From assembly GCA_002269645.1 (NCBI GenBank), contig NIVC01001135.1, positions 186,001-250,000 on the forward strand: a stretch of 64,000 bases of DNA, read 5' to 3'. Position 1 is the first letter of the stretch. Each line of letters starts with the position of its first letter. The notes beneath the pieces were generated by a model, which was not told the origin of the DNA, searched no databases, and saw only the letters and a list, made by a program, of their open reading frames with translations. Shown here in pieces: positions 10,528-23,100 of this stretch. This DNA is from Macrostomum lignano (taxonomy: Eukaryota). The translations under genes were made by a program, and so were the position numbers.

Positions 10528-11847
10528 TTAGCGCTTCCTGCGCATCCTCAGGAAGTTGTTCTTGCGCCAGAAGGCGTGCCGACTACCGCCGATGGTCTGG
10601 TGGAACCGGTGACCCTTGCCCAGTCCGCGGCTCTTCTTAGAAGAGCTGGTCAGGCCGCGCATCTCCCTGTGCTTGTGCTTGGCGGTGCAGATCCAGTTGA
10701 TGCGCGGGTCGCGCCTGATGGCCTTGTGGTTGGGATCCACCAGGATCACCTCGTAGAACTTGTAGGTGGAGTCCTGCGCGATCCAGTAGGAGCCCAGCAC
10801 GCGGAGGGCGCCGATCTTGCGGCCGATTCGCTCCTGATGTGTGGGAATTGGTTTGGGCATTGAATTGGCGCCACCCCCTGTTTTTCAGCCATAGAGTGGC
10901 GCCAACCCCAGTTCTTCAGCCATAGAGTGGCGCCAACCCCCCAGTTCTTCAGCCATAGAGTGGCGCCACCCCCCAGTTCTTCAGCCATAGAGTGGCGCCA
11001 ACCCCCCAGTTCTTCAGCCATAGAGTGGCGCCACCCCCAGTTCTTCAGCCATAGAGTGGCGCCACCCCCCCCCCAGTTCTTCAGCCATAGAGTGGCGCCC
11101 CCGCAGTTCTTCAGCCATAGAGTGGCGCCACCCCCTGTTTTTCAGCCATAGAGTGGCGCCACCCCCTGTTCTTCAGCCATAGAGTGGCGCCAACCCCAGT
11201 TCTTCAGCCATATAGTGGCGCCCCTGCAGTTCTTCAGCCATAGAGTGGCGCCACCCCCCAGTTCTTCAGCCATAGAGTGGCGCCAACCCCCCAGTTCTTC
11301 AGCCATAGAGTGGCGCCACCCCCCAGTTCTTCAGCCATAGAGTGGCGCCCCCCCCCCCCCAGTTCTTCAGCCATAGAGTGGCGCCCCCGCAGTTCTTCAG
11401 CCATAGAGTGGCGCCACCCCCCAGTTCTTCAGCCAGAGTGGCGCCATCCCCCATAATTTTTTTCAGCCATAGAGTGGCGCCATCCCTCCTGTTCTTCAGC
11501 CATAGAGTGCCCTTTCCCCGGTCCCACGTGACCCTGACCTCGGCGATGGCCTGATGGCTGCGCTGGTTCTTTAACTGGTTGACACCCTCGTGCACCGGCT
11601 TGCCATAGGTGGCGCCCTTGGGCACCGGGCGCTTGCGACCGCCGCGGCGGATGCGGATCCGGTAGATGACGAAGCCCTGCTTGGCCTTGTAGCCAAGGCG
11701 GCGGGCCCTGTCCGGCCGGGTGGGCTTGGTGGCCCGGTGGATCACGTGCCTCTGGCGCAGGTGCCAGCAGCGCAGGCGCAAAATGAAGCGCATCACATCG
11801 GATTGCTTTTTGCGGTACAGCTCCGAGATGAACTTGTAGGCGCCCAT
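10528..11847 (-). CDS. RPL15: 60S ribosomal protein L15 (eL15), 204 aa; coding exons 11847-11539 and 10833-10528
   Basis: [17 protein letters not shown]...[16 protein letters not shown] joins [17 protein letters not shown]...[10 protein letters not shown] across a phase-0 GT-AG intron; 103+101 codons. Confidence 0.97.
10862..11508. repeat. Minisatellite, about 31-33-bp unit CCCCAGTTCTTCAGCCATAGAGTGGCGCCA, in the RPL15 intron
   Basis: About 20 tandem copies with a variable C run. Confidence 0.97.
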
Positions 11848-11904
11848 GACGGCTGGAAGTGCAGCGGGGAAAGTGTGAGGTCAAGAAATACTTTAGCGGA
11901 ATTA

Positions 11905-12275
11905 TAAGGGACATCTGAGGTCAAGTTCTATTTAGGTCACTTACTGGGGTCATCTGAGGTCAAGGTTCTTTTAGGTCACTACTGGGGTCATCTGAGGTCA
12001 AGTTCTATTAGGTCGCTTACTGGGGTCATCTGAGGTCAAGCTCTATTAGTTTATTTACTGGGGTCATCTGAGGTCAAGTTCTATTTAGGTCACTTGCTGG
12101 GGTTATATGAGGTCAAGTTCTATTAGGTCGCTTACTGGGGTCATCTGAGGTAAAGTTTTATTAGAAGTTTATTTACTGGGGTCATTTGAGGTCAAGTTTT
12201 ATTAGAAGTTCATTTACTGGGGTCATTTGAGGTCAAGTTTTATCAGAAGTTTACTTACAAGTCATCTGAGGTGAA
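11905..12275. repeat. Minisatellite, 38-39-bp unit (TTACTGGGGTCATCTGAGGTCAAGTTCTATTAGGTCAC), in the probable RPL15 5'UTR intron
   Basis: CATCTGAGG recurs at 11912, 11951, 11989 and onward. Confidence 0.95.
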
Positions 12276-12478
12276 ATTCTAAAAATGCTGACTGTGCTTA
12301 AATTTCATTATTTATTGCAAAGCAAATACTAATCGAGCAATCAATGCGTCATTAAATTTATTGATCAACAGTAAACATTTCTACAGCAGAATAAATGTGA
12401 GCGATACAGCCCCGAATAAGCGAGTCAAAAACCAAAAATTGATTATAAGCCGAGGCATTTGATAACTACAATAACCAC

Positions 12479-12506
12479 CTTGTGCTAAAGTAAAGGGAAG
12501 AAGAAA
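12479..12506 (-). promoter_or_regulatory. Probable RPL15 non-coding first exon with TCT/5'TOP pyrimidine tract
   Basis: Minus strand TTTCTTCTTCCCTTTACTTTAGCACAAG followed by donor GTGGTT; a matching acceptor TTCCAG lies 5 nt upstream of the ATG (exon starts at 11852). Confidence 0.5.
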
Positions 12507-12541
12507 TTTAAATAAGTGGGGATTCGTGGGTTGATGAAAGT

Positions 12542-12547
12542 TTTATT
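12542..12547 (-). terminator. Candidate poly(A) signal AATAAA for CTU1
   Basis: AATAAA on the minus strand just past the minisatellite that follows the CTU1 stop. Confidence 0.45.
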
Positions 12548-12580
12548 ATTAAACTGACAACCAAAAACAGACTGTAAAAG

Positions 12581-13015
12581 GGAATTGCCAATAGGACACG
12601 GTAAAAGGGAATTCCCATAGGACACGGTAAAAGGGAATTCCCAATCTAGGACACGGTAAAAGGGAATTCCCATAGGACACGGTAAAAGGGAATTCCCATA
12701 GGACACGGTAAAAGGGAATTCCCATAGGACACGGTAAAAGGGAATTCCCAATAGGACACGGTGAAAAGGGAATTCTCAGTAGGACACAGTGAACAGGGAA
12801 TTCCCAATAGAACACAATGAACAGAGAATTCCCAATAGGACACGGTGAAAAGGGAATTCTCAGTAGGACACAGTGAACAGGGAATTCCCAATAGAACACA
12901 ATGAACAGAGAATTCCCAATAGGACACGGTGAATAGGAAATTCCGTATAGAACATAGTGAACAGGGAATTCCGGTAGAACACACTGAACATGGAATTCCC
13001 AATAGGACATCTGGT
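12581..13015. repeat. Minisatellite, about 26-28-bp unit GTAAAAGGGAATTCCCATAGGACACG, downstream of the CTU1 stop
   Basis: Period 26 at 12601/12627; copies diverge towards 13015. Confidence 0.95.
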
Positions 13016-13086
13016 GAGATAGCTATTCCCAAAATAGACTCTCAAAACACTAGAAGGCGATTCCAAAGAACAGATTTAAAAAGTCA

Positions 13087-15113
13087 TCAAGAATCCGCCG
13101 CCGCAGCGCATGCCGATCCCGAGCAGCCGCGCCTGGCGCCGGCGCTACCGCAGCATTGGGCGCTATTACGCCCAGCATCAGTAAGCATTCGCTGCTGCTG
13201 TTGCTTAGCCGAACAAGCCGAGGATTTGCCAACAGCCAGCCGGGGATTGCCGGAGTTCAAGCCGTCCAGCAGCACGCAGGCTTTGCACACTGGCTGGCTG
13301 CTGACGTAGCCGCACAGCCGGCAGGTGTCCAGCTCCGGCATTCGAGCATCGGTTCGGAATCGAATCTGTTCAGCGGCCTGGATAATGTGCAGCAGAGCGG
13401 CCGGCCTGGCCCGCTCCAGATCCTTCACCAGAGCCCTGGCGTGGCCCCTGTAGGCAGCCGGGGCGTACAGGCACTCGGTGGCGAAGTAGTCAAGCCGTTT
13501 GAAATAGGCGTAGAGCACGATCTCCTTCTCGTAGGCGTACTTTAACGGCTTGCAGCGGGCCGGCAGGCCGCCGCCCGTGTGGGTGACGCCGTCGGCGCAG
13601 CGGGACAGCCTGGCCGCGTCGCCACGCAGGAGGTTCATCACGACGGTCTCGGCCACATCGTCAGCATTGTGACCGGTGGCCAGTTTGTCAGCTTTAAGAT
13701 GACCGGCGCCTCTGTCCAGGGCCTGGCGACGGAACACGCCGCAGAAGGTGCAATTGCTGCGCCGGCCAGCGGCCCGGACAACTTCGTCCATTGTCCAGCC
13801 GTACAGGTCGCGATAGGTGAAGATTGTGAGGGGCAGGCCGAGGCTGACCTGTACAATTTGATGGAAAAAGCCTGTTATACTACTTGATAATAAACAGCGT
13901 AAGTAGCTTTCTAATTTTATTTAACTTTTGATTCAATCCATAAGCTAAATTGTGAAGTTGATACCTGGACTTTAAAAGGTATTACCTGGGTTTCACAGGT
14001 GATACCTGGGTTGGACAGGTGATACCTGGGTTTCACAGGTGATACCTGGGTTTCACAGGCGATACCTGGGTTTCACAGGTGACACCTGGATTTCAAAAGT
14101 GACATCTGGATTTCAAATGTGATACCTGGATTTCAAAAGTGACACCTGGATTTCAAATGTGACACCTGGATTTCAAAAGTGACACCTGGATTTCAAAAGT
14201 GACACCTGGATTTCAAACGTGACACCTGGATTTCAAAGGTGACACCTGGATTTGAAATATGACACCTGGATTTCAAATGTGATACCTGGATTTCAAAGGT
14301 GACACCTGGATTTCAAAAGTGATACCTGGATTTCAAAAGTGACACCTGGATTTCAAAGGTGACACATTGATTTCAAAGGTGATACCTGGATTTCAAAGGT
14401 GACACATTGAGTTCAAAGGTGATACCTGGATTTCAAATGTGACACATTGATTTCAAAGGTGATACCTGGATTTCAAAGGTGACACCTGGATTTCAAAAGT
14501 GATTTCAAAAGTGATACCTGGATTTTAAAGGTGACACCTGGATTTCAAAGGTTACACCTGGATTTCAAAGGTGATACCTGGATTTCAAAGGTGATACCTG
14601 GATTTCAAAGGTGATACCTGGATTTCAAAAGTGACACCTGGATTTAAAAGTGACACCTGGATCTCAAAGGTGACACCTGGATTTCAAAGGTGACACCTGG
14701 ATTTCAAAGGTGACACCTGAATTTGATACAAAATGCTACACTGAGTTAAAACGATGACAAACCTCTGTGCGCCTCAGAGCGTCCAGAGAATCGTCCCGAT
14801 AACCGGCAATGCCCTCATCAATAGCCAGCAGGCGCAGATCCAGCCCATAATTGTGCCTCTCATTTAGCGTCTTCAATAGGTAGGCCAGCACAGTGGAATC
14901 TTTGCCGCCGGATGCGCCAATAGCGACGCGTTCGCCGGGCGAGAACATCCGGCTGGAGACGATCGTGTCGTGAGTTTCAGCTTCGAATGCCCAGAAGAAG
15001 CAGTCGCGGCAGACTGCGTGGCCGGTTTTTGGCCGACGAAGCTGCGGCTTCTTCTCGCAGAAACGGCACCTGCGCTGCGGCTGCCGCTGCGGTTCAGCCT
15101 GCGGTGAGGCGGC
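13087..15113 (-). CDS. CTU1: Cytoplasmic tRNA 2-thiolation protein 1; exons 15113-14763 and 13848-13087; start codon not found in the genome
   Basis: N-terminal CRFC...CRDC, PP-loop [26 protein letters not shown]-terminal [16 protein letters not shown]; phase-0 GT-AG intron. Confidence 0.95.
13960..14720. repeat. Minisatellite, 20-bp unit GTGACACCTGGATTTCAAAG, in the CTU1 intron
   Basis: About 37 tandem copies. Confidence 0.97.
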
Positions 15114-15134
15114 CTGCAGTTCCAGAATGAGATG

Positions 15135-16205
15135 GCATTGATGAGGCTGATGCTGGGGTGTGATTGATGAGGTTGATGCTGAGGCATGTGATTGATGAGG
15201 CTGATGCTGGGGAGTGATTGATGAGGCTGATGCTGGGGAGTGATTGATGAGGCTAATGCTGGGTGTAGAATAGATGAGGCTGGTGCGGGGGAGTGATTGA
15301 TGAGGCTGATGCTGGGTGTAGAATTGATGAGGCTGATGCTGGGGTGTGATTGATGAGGCTGGTGCTGGGGAGTGATTGATGAGACTGATGCTGGGTTGTG
15401 ATTGATGAGGCTGGTGCTGGGGTGTGATTGATGAGGCTGGTGCTGGGGTGTGATTGATGAGGCTGGTGCTGGGGTGTGATTGATGAGGCTGATGCTAAAG
15501 GTGTGGGATTGATGAGGCTGATGCTGGGGTTGGGATTGATGAGGCTGATGATGCAACATGTGATTGATGAGGCTGACGCTGGGGCATGTGAATGATGAGG
15601 CTGATGCTAAAGGTGTCGGATTGATGAGGCTGATGCTAAAGGTGTCGGATTGATGAGGCTGATGCTGGGGTGTGGGATTGATGAGGCTGGTGCTGGGGTG
15701 TGATTGATGAGGCTGGTGCTGGGGTGTGATTGATGAGGCTGGTGCTGGGGTGTGATTGATGAGGCTGATGCTGGGGTGTGGGATTGATGAGGCTTATGCT
15801 GGGGCATGTAATTGATGATGCTGGGTGTAGGATTGATGAGGCTGATGCTGGGGTGTGGGATTGAAGAGGCTGATGCTGGGGTGTGGGATTGGTGAGGCTG
15901 ATGCTGGGGTGTGGGATTGATAAGGCTGATGCTAAAGGTGTCGGATTGATGAGGCTGATGCTAAAGGTGTCGGATTGATGAGGCTGATGCTGGGGTGTGG
16001 GATTGATGAGGCTTATGCTGGGGCATGTAATTGATGATGCTGGGTGTAGGATTGATGAGGCTGATGCTGGGGTGTGGGATTGAAGAGGCTGATGCTGGGG
16101 TGTGGGATTGGTGAGGCTGATGCTGGGGTGTGGGATTGATAAGGCTGATGCTGGGGCATGTGATTGATGATCTGATGCTGGGATGGGATTGATGAGGCTG
16201 ATGCT
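15135..16205. repeat. Minisatellite, about 26-28-bp unit GATTGATGAGGCTGATGCTGGGGTGT, directly upstream of CTU1
   Basis: About 40 copies; explains the spurious His/Gln-rich ORFs. Confidence 0.96.
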
Positions 16206-16584
16206 TGATGTTTAAGGTGCTTTACTTTGCAAAGGATAACCGAAACAAAAAGTTAGTCTTAAAACTAATATGAAGAAGTCACAATATAATTTGGTTAGCT
16301 AGCAAAAATATGCATAATATACTCAAACAGCATTATAAAGATAACAAATGTGCTGCTAAAACCGGACACAATGAAATATGAAATGCTGCAACAGCTGAAA
16401 ATCTACACTGCGCCTTACTTGTAACTTTTTTAACACAAAGCAATAAGTTTGAATTTGCTGCAGAAAGATATAAGAACATTTAAAGGTGGAAAATATTGAA
16501 CCTCAGACTGCAGCAATGGTTGTATTGCAAAAAGTTACGCTCATAATTCACAGGCTTTAGCAAAAAAACAGACAAATTATACAC

Positions 16585-17070
16585 ATTGACCAATAGGAGC
16601 ACGGCATGGATTCCTCAGTTCTCTTGACCAATAGGAGCATGGCATGGATTCCCCAGTTCTCTTGACCAATAGGAGCACGGCATGGATTCCTCAGTTCTCT
16701 TGACCAATAGGAGCACGGCATGGATTCCCCAGTTCTCTTGACCAATAGGAGCACGGCATGGATTCCCCAGTTCTCTTGACCAATAGGAGCACGGCATGGA
16801 TTCCCAGTTCTCTTGACCAAAAGGAACACGGCATGGATTCCTCAGTTCTCTTGACCAATAGGAGCACGGCATGGATTCCCCAGTTCTCTTGACCAATAGG
16901 AGCACGGCATGGATTCCCCATTTCTCTTGACCAATAGGAGCACGGCATGGATTCCCCATTTCTCTTGACCAATAGGAGCACGGCATGGATTCCCCAGTTC
17001 TCCTGAACAATAGGAGCACGGCATGGATTCCCCAGTTCTCCTGAACCAATAGGAACATGGCATGGATTCC
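16585..17070. repeat. Minisatellite, 38-bp unit CCAATAGGAGCACGGCATGGATTCCCCAGTTCTCTTGA, between POLRMT and CTU1
   Basis: Period 38 at 16591/16629; about 12 copies. Confidence 0.97.
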
Positions 17071-17197
17071 CCTAACAATTGTGAACGTCAGAATGCGCTA
17101 TACGCTTGAAACGGAAAGACGTAGCGCTTCTCAGGCACACAATAACAAATCTAGAAGATAGTAAGTTATCTGTACAAAAAATATTGCCACAAGCATC

Positions 17198-20100
17198 TCA
17201 GGAGAAGAAATACTCGGACCGCAACACCTCGGACAGATCGAAGTCGCCCTTGTCGGGAATCTGCAGAATTCGAGAATTAAATCGCTTAGCAGCCTGCAGC
17301 TTCTGGCCGCTGAGGCTGGCCAATTCTGACTGACGAAATGAGAACACGCGATCAATATGCGAGCTGAGATCGGCTAGGATTGGCTTGCTGTGCAGCTGGA
17401 CAAACTGCTGCCTACAGATCCTGCCCATGGCGTCCACGTCGCACGGATGCGTCCAGAAGCAGTCGTGCACCGCGGCAAAAGTGACGCCAAACTTCTGGCA
17501 CTCCAATGCCGTTAGCATCATATGACACGAGTCGAGCGAGTGCACAAAATTAGGCGGAAACGCGTTGGACTGTTTGACCGGATCGGGCGGATACGGCTGC
17601 ACAATGGGCAGGCCTAGCGGAGTTCGCCATTGGATTGAAGCCTGCCTCAGCTTGGCCACGTCCTTGGCCAGATCGGTGAACCAGTGCTGAATGTGGGTGG
17701 CGCTAGTGAAAATCCTGCCAATGCTGGACAGGGTCAGTTTAGCCAAATAGGCTGCTGCCTTGTGCCGCATCTCGCTAGGGAACTCAGCGTCCTTCAGCCT
17801 GGCCAGGATCTGCTGTATGGCGCCGTACTCCGTGACGCCGTAGACTGTGGTCATCACCGACTGCTTGATTGTGCGCCTAACTACGTAGCCTTGAAGCGAC
17901 TGGGCAACCGCGTGACCTTGAGCGGCATCGGCTACTCTGGTAGACTCTACCAGATCTACAACAGCCTGGTAGACATCTTGCGGCCGGTCAACCGCTCGCA
18001 GATTGACAGCCAGAGCGCCGGCCACATCCCGGCCCATTGCGGCGTAGTGTTGCAGTCCGTTGCAGCTGCCGTCCTGGTGCACAGGGAACGAACTCACGTA
18101 GCGTTCCGGCCCGTCTGGATGCCTGGCAGCGGCGAGGATCTCAGAGCACGTGGCCAGAGTCTGCCAGGGAGCTTCGTCGTTCTGCCACCAGCCGCGCCCG
18201 GTCCAGGGCCGTTCGGCGCTGTCGATGATATCCGGCAGCAGCGAGTCGGCCATGTCTAGCCGTTCGGCGTTTGTCAATTTTTTGCCAAGATCCGCCACAT
18301 TGATGGCGTGAATGCGGAGCCAGCGCCAGCCGCGCTCGCCCAGAGGCTTGGCATTGTTGAAGCGAAGCAGCGAGCGGGACAGATCGCAGCTCATGTGGTT
18401 CAGATGGGGTGGCATTGGGTAGGCCCGGCCTCTGCAAAAGTTAATTTTACTTTTCGATACATATTGGCTTTTTGTGCAGTTTTGTATTTTTCGATACATA
18501 TCGGCTTTTTTGTGCAGTTTTGTATTTTTCGATACATATCGGCTTTTTTGTGCAGTTTTGTATTTTTCGATACATATCGGCTTTTTTGTGCAGTTTTGTA
18601 TTTTTCGATACATATCGGCTTTTTTGTGCAGTTTTGTATTTTTTGTTACATATCGGCTTTATTTCTCAGCCAGACGGTTCTCGAAAAATTCAAAGACAGA
18701 CAGAAAGACAGACAAACAAACAGCGCAAAATTAGCATATAGATTATACTACGCTCGTAATTATAATAGTTAATATATTATTACTAACCGACTACTCACCG
18801 AAAGTCCATATTATGCGGCAAGTAGAACGGCCGGTCCTTCAGCCAATCGGCAATGGACAGCCGGTAAAGCTCCGTGCACCAGAGAGAATAGCGCTCCCTT
18901 TCAGCTTTGCGCTCGGCCGCTTTCTCCCGGCGTAGGGCGGCAATGTCGGCCCTCGACGCGCCCGGAGCCGGAGGCGCTAGGCGCTCTACAGATCGGGGTC
19001 GGGCAGGCAGCGCCAGGTGCTCGGCGCCGCTAGAATTGAAGCGGTCAGTTATCAAGCGGAGCATGGCTCTGTCAACTCGCCAGGCGCAGGAGCTCACGGT
19101 CTGGTCGCGGTTGTTGGGGAGAATTCAATTGATAGGATTAGCGCGTGAAAAAAGAAACAGATAAAATGAAATATAGGACTGTTTGAGTGTGAATATGGGG
19201 ATGCTTAAGGAATCTGCAGCAGTATTTAGAAGTATGCATTCTGAGTCTGAGATGATGCTGATTTAAAGGATTCGGGGATAATGCAGATTTAAAGGATTAT
19301 GAGATGCAAATTTAGAGGATTCTGAGTCTGAGATGATGCAGAATTAGAGGATTTTAGGATGACGCCGGTTTAGAGAATTCTGATATGATGCAGATTTAGA
19401 GAAGATTCTGGGATGATGCAAGCAGATTTAAAGGATTCTGGGATGATGCAAGCAGATTTAAAGGATTCTGGGATGATGCAGATTTAAAGGATTCTGGGAT
19501 AATGCAGATTTAAAGGATTCTGGGATGATGCAGATTTAAAGGATTCTGGGATGATGCAGATTTATAGGATTCTGGGATAATGCAGATTTAAAGGATTCTG
19601 GGATAATGCAGATTTAAAGGATTCTGAGATGATGCAGATTTAAAGGATTCTGGGATGATGCAGATTTATAGGATTCTGGGATAATGCAGATTTAAAGGAT
19701 TCTGGGATGATGCAGATTTAAAGGATTCTGGGATAATGCAGATTTAAAGGATTCTGGGATGATGCAGATTTAAAGGATTCTGGGATGATGCAGATTTATA
19801 GGATTCTGGGATAATGCAGATTTAAAGGATTCTGGGATGATGCAGATTTATAGGATTCTGGGATAATGCAGATTTATAGGGTTCTGGGATGATGCAGATT
19901 TATAGGATTCTGGGAGGATGCAAATCTAGAAGATTATGGAAAGATGTAGAACTAGATGATTTTGAAGAATTAAAACCAATATATACTAAAACAGACGAAG
20001 CCAAGAAGCCACAGATATTCTAATTGGCTAAAGAAGAAATCAAGTGACATGGAAAGCAAGAAAATAAGCTAACTCATACTCACATGCAGTGCCTCAAGAA

Positions 20101-23100
20101 CAGTCGGGGGCGGCCCAGACAGTCGGATTTCGCTCATCTGGGCCAGGGCATATTGCCTCAGCAATTCCGTATTTAAGGTCATGTAGCGAGCTGGCCAAAA
20201 AGGCTTAGTCAGCATTGGCAGCTTGGATGGCTGGAACATCAGCTTGGTGGCATCCTGCGCCTGCTGAAATGCTTTAGCGACTGTCGGATGAGCCCGGATG
20301 TGCTGCACGTTGCTATCGGGATCCAGAACTCCGTACGTGGCCGGCACGCCTCGATAAGTGAGCTGGGCCAGGTGATCGGTCAGGTATTTGCCTAATTCGA
20401 TGCGCCAATGACGGGGCAGAGGCGGCCAGCCCAGGTCACCAGTTTCACGACCCAGCTCCTGGGGAATTATGGGAATTATTCGTATTGCAATTAATTGCTC
20501 GAAGCTTAGATGCCACCACTTTTAACATTTAGATGACAGCTGATTGAGGATTTCTTTGATGTAAGATCCCATCTACTGAGTGGATACTTACTGCGAATCT
20601 AAAATCCTATTTTTTAGGATCCCACTACTTAAGATCCGACGATATCCGACGATATAAGATACTATCAGCTTAGGATCAGACAGATCTAAGATCCCATCAG
20701 TTTAGGATCAAACAGATCTAAGATCCCATCAGTTTAGGATCAGACAGATCTAAGATCCCATCAGTTTAGGATCAAACAGATCTAAGATCCCATCAGTTTA
20801 GGATCAGACAGATCTAAGATTCCATCAGCTTAGGATCAGACAGATCTAAGATCCCATCAGTTTAGGATCAAACAGATCTAAGATCCCATCAGTTTAGGAT
20901 CCCACAGATCTAAGATCCCATCAGCTTAGGATCAAACAGATCTAAGATTCCATCAGCTTACGATCAGACAGATCTAAGATCCCATCAGCTTAGGATCCCA
21001 CAGATCTAAGATCCCATCAGCTTAGGATCAGACAGATCTAAGATCCCATCAGCTTAGGATCAGACAGATCTAAGATCCCATCAGCTTAGGATCAGACAGA
21101 TCTAAGATTCCATCAGCTTAGGATCCCACAGATCTAAGATCCCATCAGCTTAGGATCCCACAGATCTAAGATCCCATCAGCTTAGGATCAGACAGATCTA
21201 AGATTCCATCAGCTTAGGATCCCACAGATCTAAGATTCCATCAGCTTAGGATCCCACAGATCTAAGATCCCATCAGCTTAGGATCCCACAGATCTAAGAT
21301 CCCATCAGCTTAGGATCCCACAGATCTAAGATTCCATCAGCTTAGGATCCCACAGATCTAAGATCCCATCAGCTTAGGATCCCACAGATCTAAGATCCCA
21401 TCAGCTTTCCCATCAGCTTAGGATCCCACAGATCAAAGATCCCATCAGCTTAGGATCCCACAGATCTAAGATCCCATCAGCTTAGGATCCCACAGATCTA
21501 AGATCCCATCAGCTTAGGATCCCACAGATCTAAGATCCCATCAGCTTAGGATCCCACAGATCTAAGATCCCATCAGCTTAGGATCCCACAGATCTAAGAT
21601 CCCATCAGCTTAGGATCCCACAGATCTAAGATCCCATCAGCTTAGGATCCCACAGATCAAAGATCCCATCAGCTTAGGATCTCACAGATTTAAGATCCCA
21701 TCAGCTTAAGACCCGCTACTAGAGGACCCAGCCATGGAAAATCCCATTGCAAAGAAGTGTAATCAAAGCAGCACTGACCGCTCTAGCTTTGCGCTGAATT
21801 TTTTCATAGAACAAATCCGTCAGATCCCGCATAAAGTGAGGCTTTGGCATGTACTGCACAGCCTGTATAGAGGCCAGCATCACAGCCTGGCTGAGCAGAA
21901 ACTGTACAGTCTCCTCTTCATCAAGCGCAATCACCAGCGGATAGATGGTCCGCCTAGCGGTTCTCTCGTCTCTGACTTTCAACTGACGCCGACGCTCCGG
22001 CACCAGGCGGCGCAGCTCGCGCAGCCAGTGGTCGCGCACCGCGGCGGCCTCTTTGGCTGCCTGACGCCGAGCCGCAGGCGTCACGGCCGGCAGAGGCTCT
22101 GAGACGCAAACGATGGACACAGCGGGTTCGGACTGCTCCAGCTGTGAGGTAGGAATGATTTATTTCAATATATAAGGGGTTGCAGCCTAGTGGTTAAAGC
22201 GTCGGACTCGCGACTGAAAGGTCGGGGGTTTGATTCTAGACTCACTTAGAACAATTGTGTCCATGAGCAAAAGACACTCTGCATTGCTTCAGTTCACCCA
22301 GCTGTAAAATGGGTGCCAGCATTAGTTGGGGTAATTGACGGTGTGTGTGGCGACCCTCCCCCAGTCCTGAGCTGTCGGTTGCTTATCTGCCTATCAGGGC
22401 AGGTGTAATCAATTAATTTTATAGTATCGGAATAATAAACCAATCAGACTACTTTGCAGTTAGTGTTAATCAGTAGTGCTGGAGACATTTTCTCATTTAT
22501 TCTGATTAATATGACAGCTAACAAAAGTCATGTTAACCTGCTCAGAAACTGGTCCTGGCCGGTAACACTTGCAGAGGCCCACAGCCTACAGAAAGAACTT
22601 ACAGACAACTGAAGCGCTCGGTCCCCAGCGCTGTTGTCCTCGGAGCAACAGACTCCGATTGCTGCTTTGTCGATAAAAGCGAAGGAAGCCCAGCCAAGCG
22701 CAGACCAGCCATCAGCTCAGCATCCTGAGCTTCATCCGATAATTGATTTTGCCAATTGGAATCGGCCGCCAATCTTACTGTTAATTCGGCAACCTCGGCG
22801 CTGTTTAATCTGCCGGCTGCGCGTAGGCCGAGCGCCACCGCGCCTGCGCTCAACTGCTGACCATCGCGAGCGGCGCCGGCCAAGGTGGACAGGCTGGCCG
22901 AGAGGGTGGGCCGGTGCAGCAGGATGGCGGCCGGGATCTGCGAGGGTAAAGTGCGGTAGACCGGCATGTAAGAGCAGTCCTGGGGACGCTTCTGAGTGGC
23001 GGTTGACTCTAAACGTGTAGGGTCTGGAGACAAGATTCTCAATGGTAGTCTAGGGGCGATTCTCAATGGTTGTCTAGGGGCGATTCTCAATGGTAGTCTA

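Noticed and set aside
14806-15160. CTU1 upstream minisatellite derived from CTU1 exon sequence (ATTGATGAGG, inverted)
   Set aside because: Only a 10-bp inverted match, too short to distinguish from chance.
22538-22603. Exact POLRMT exon junction, including a 17-nt GTAAGT...TAG mini-intron
   Set aside because: No donor/acceptor pair gave a consistent phase; it needs cDNA and may reflect a sequence indel, so no claim is made.
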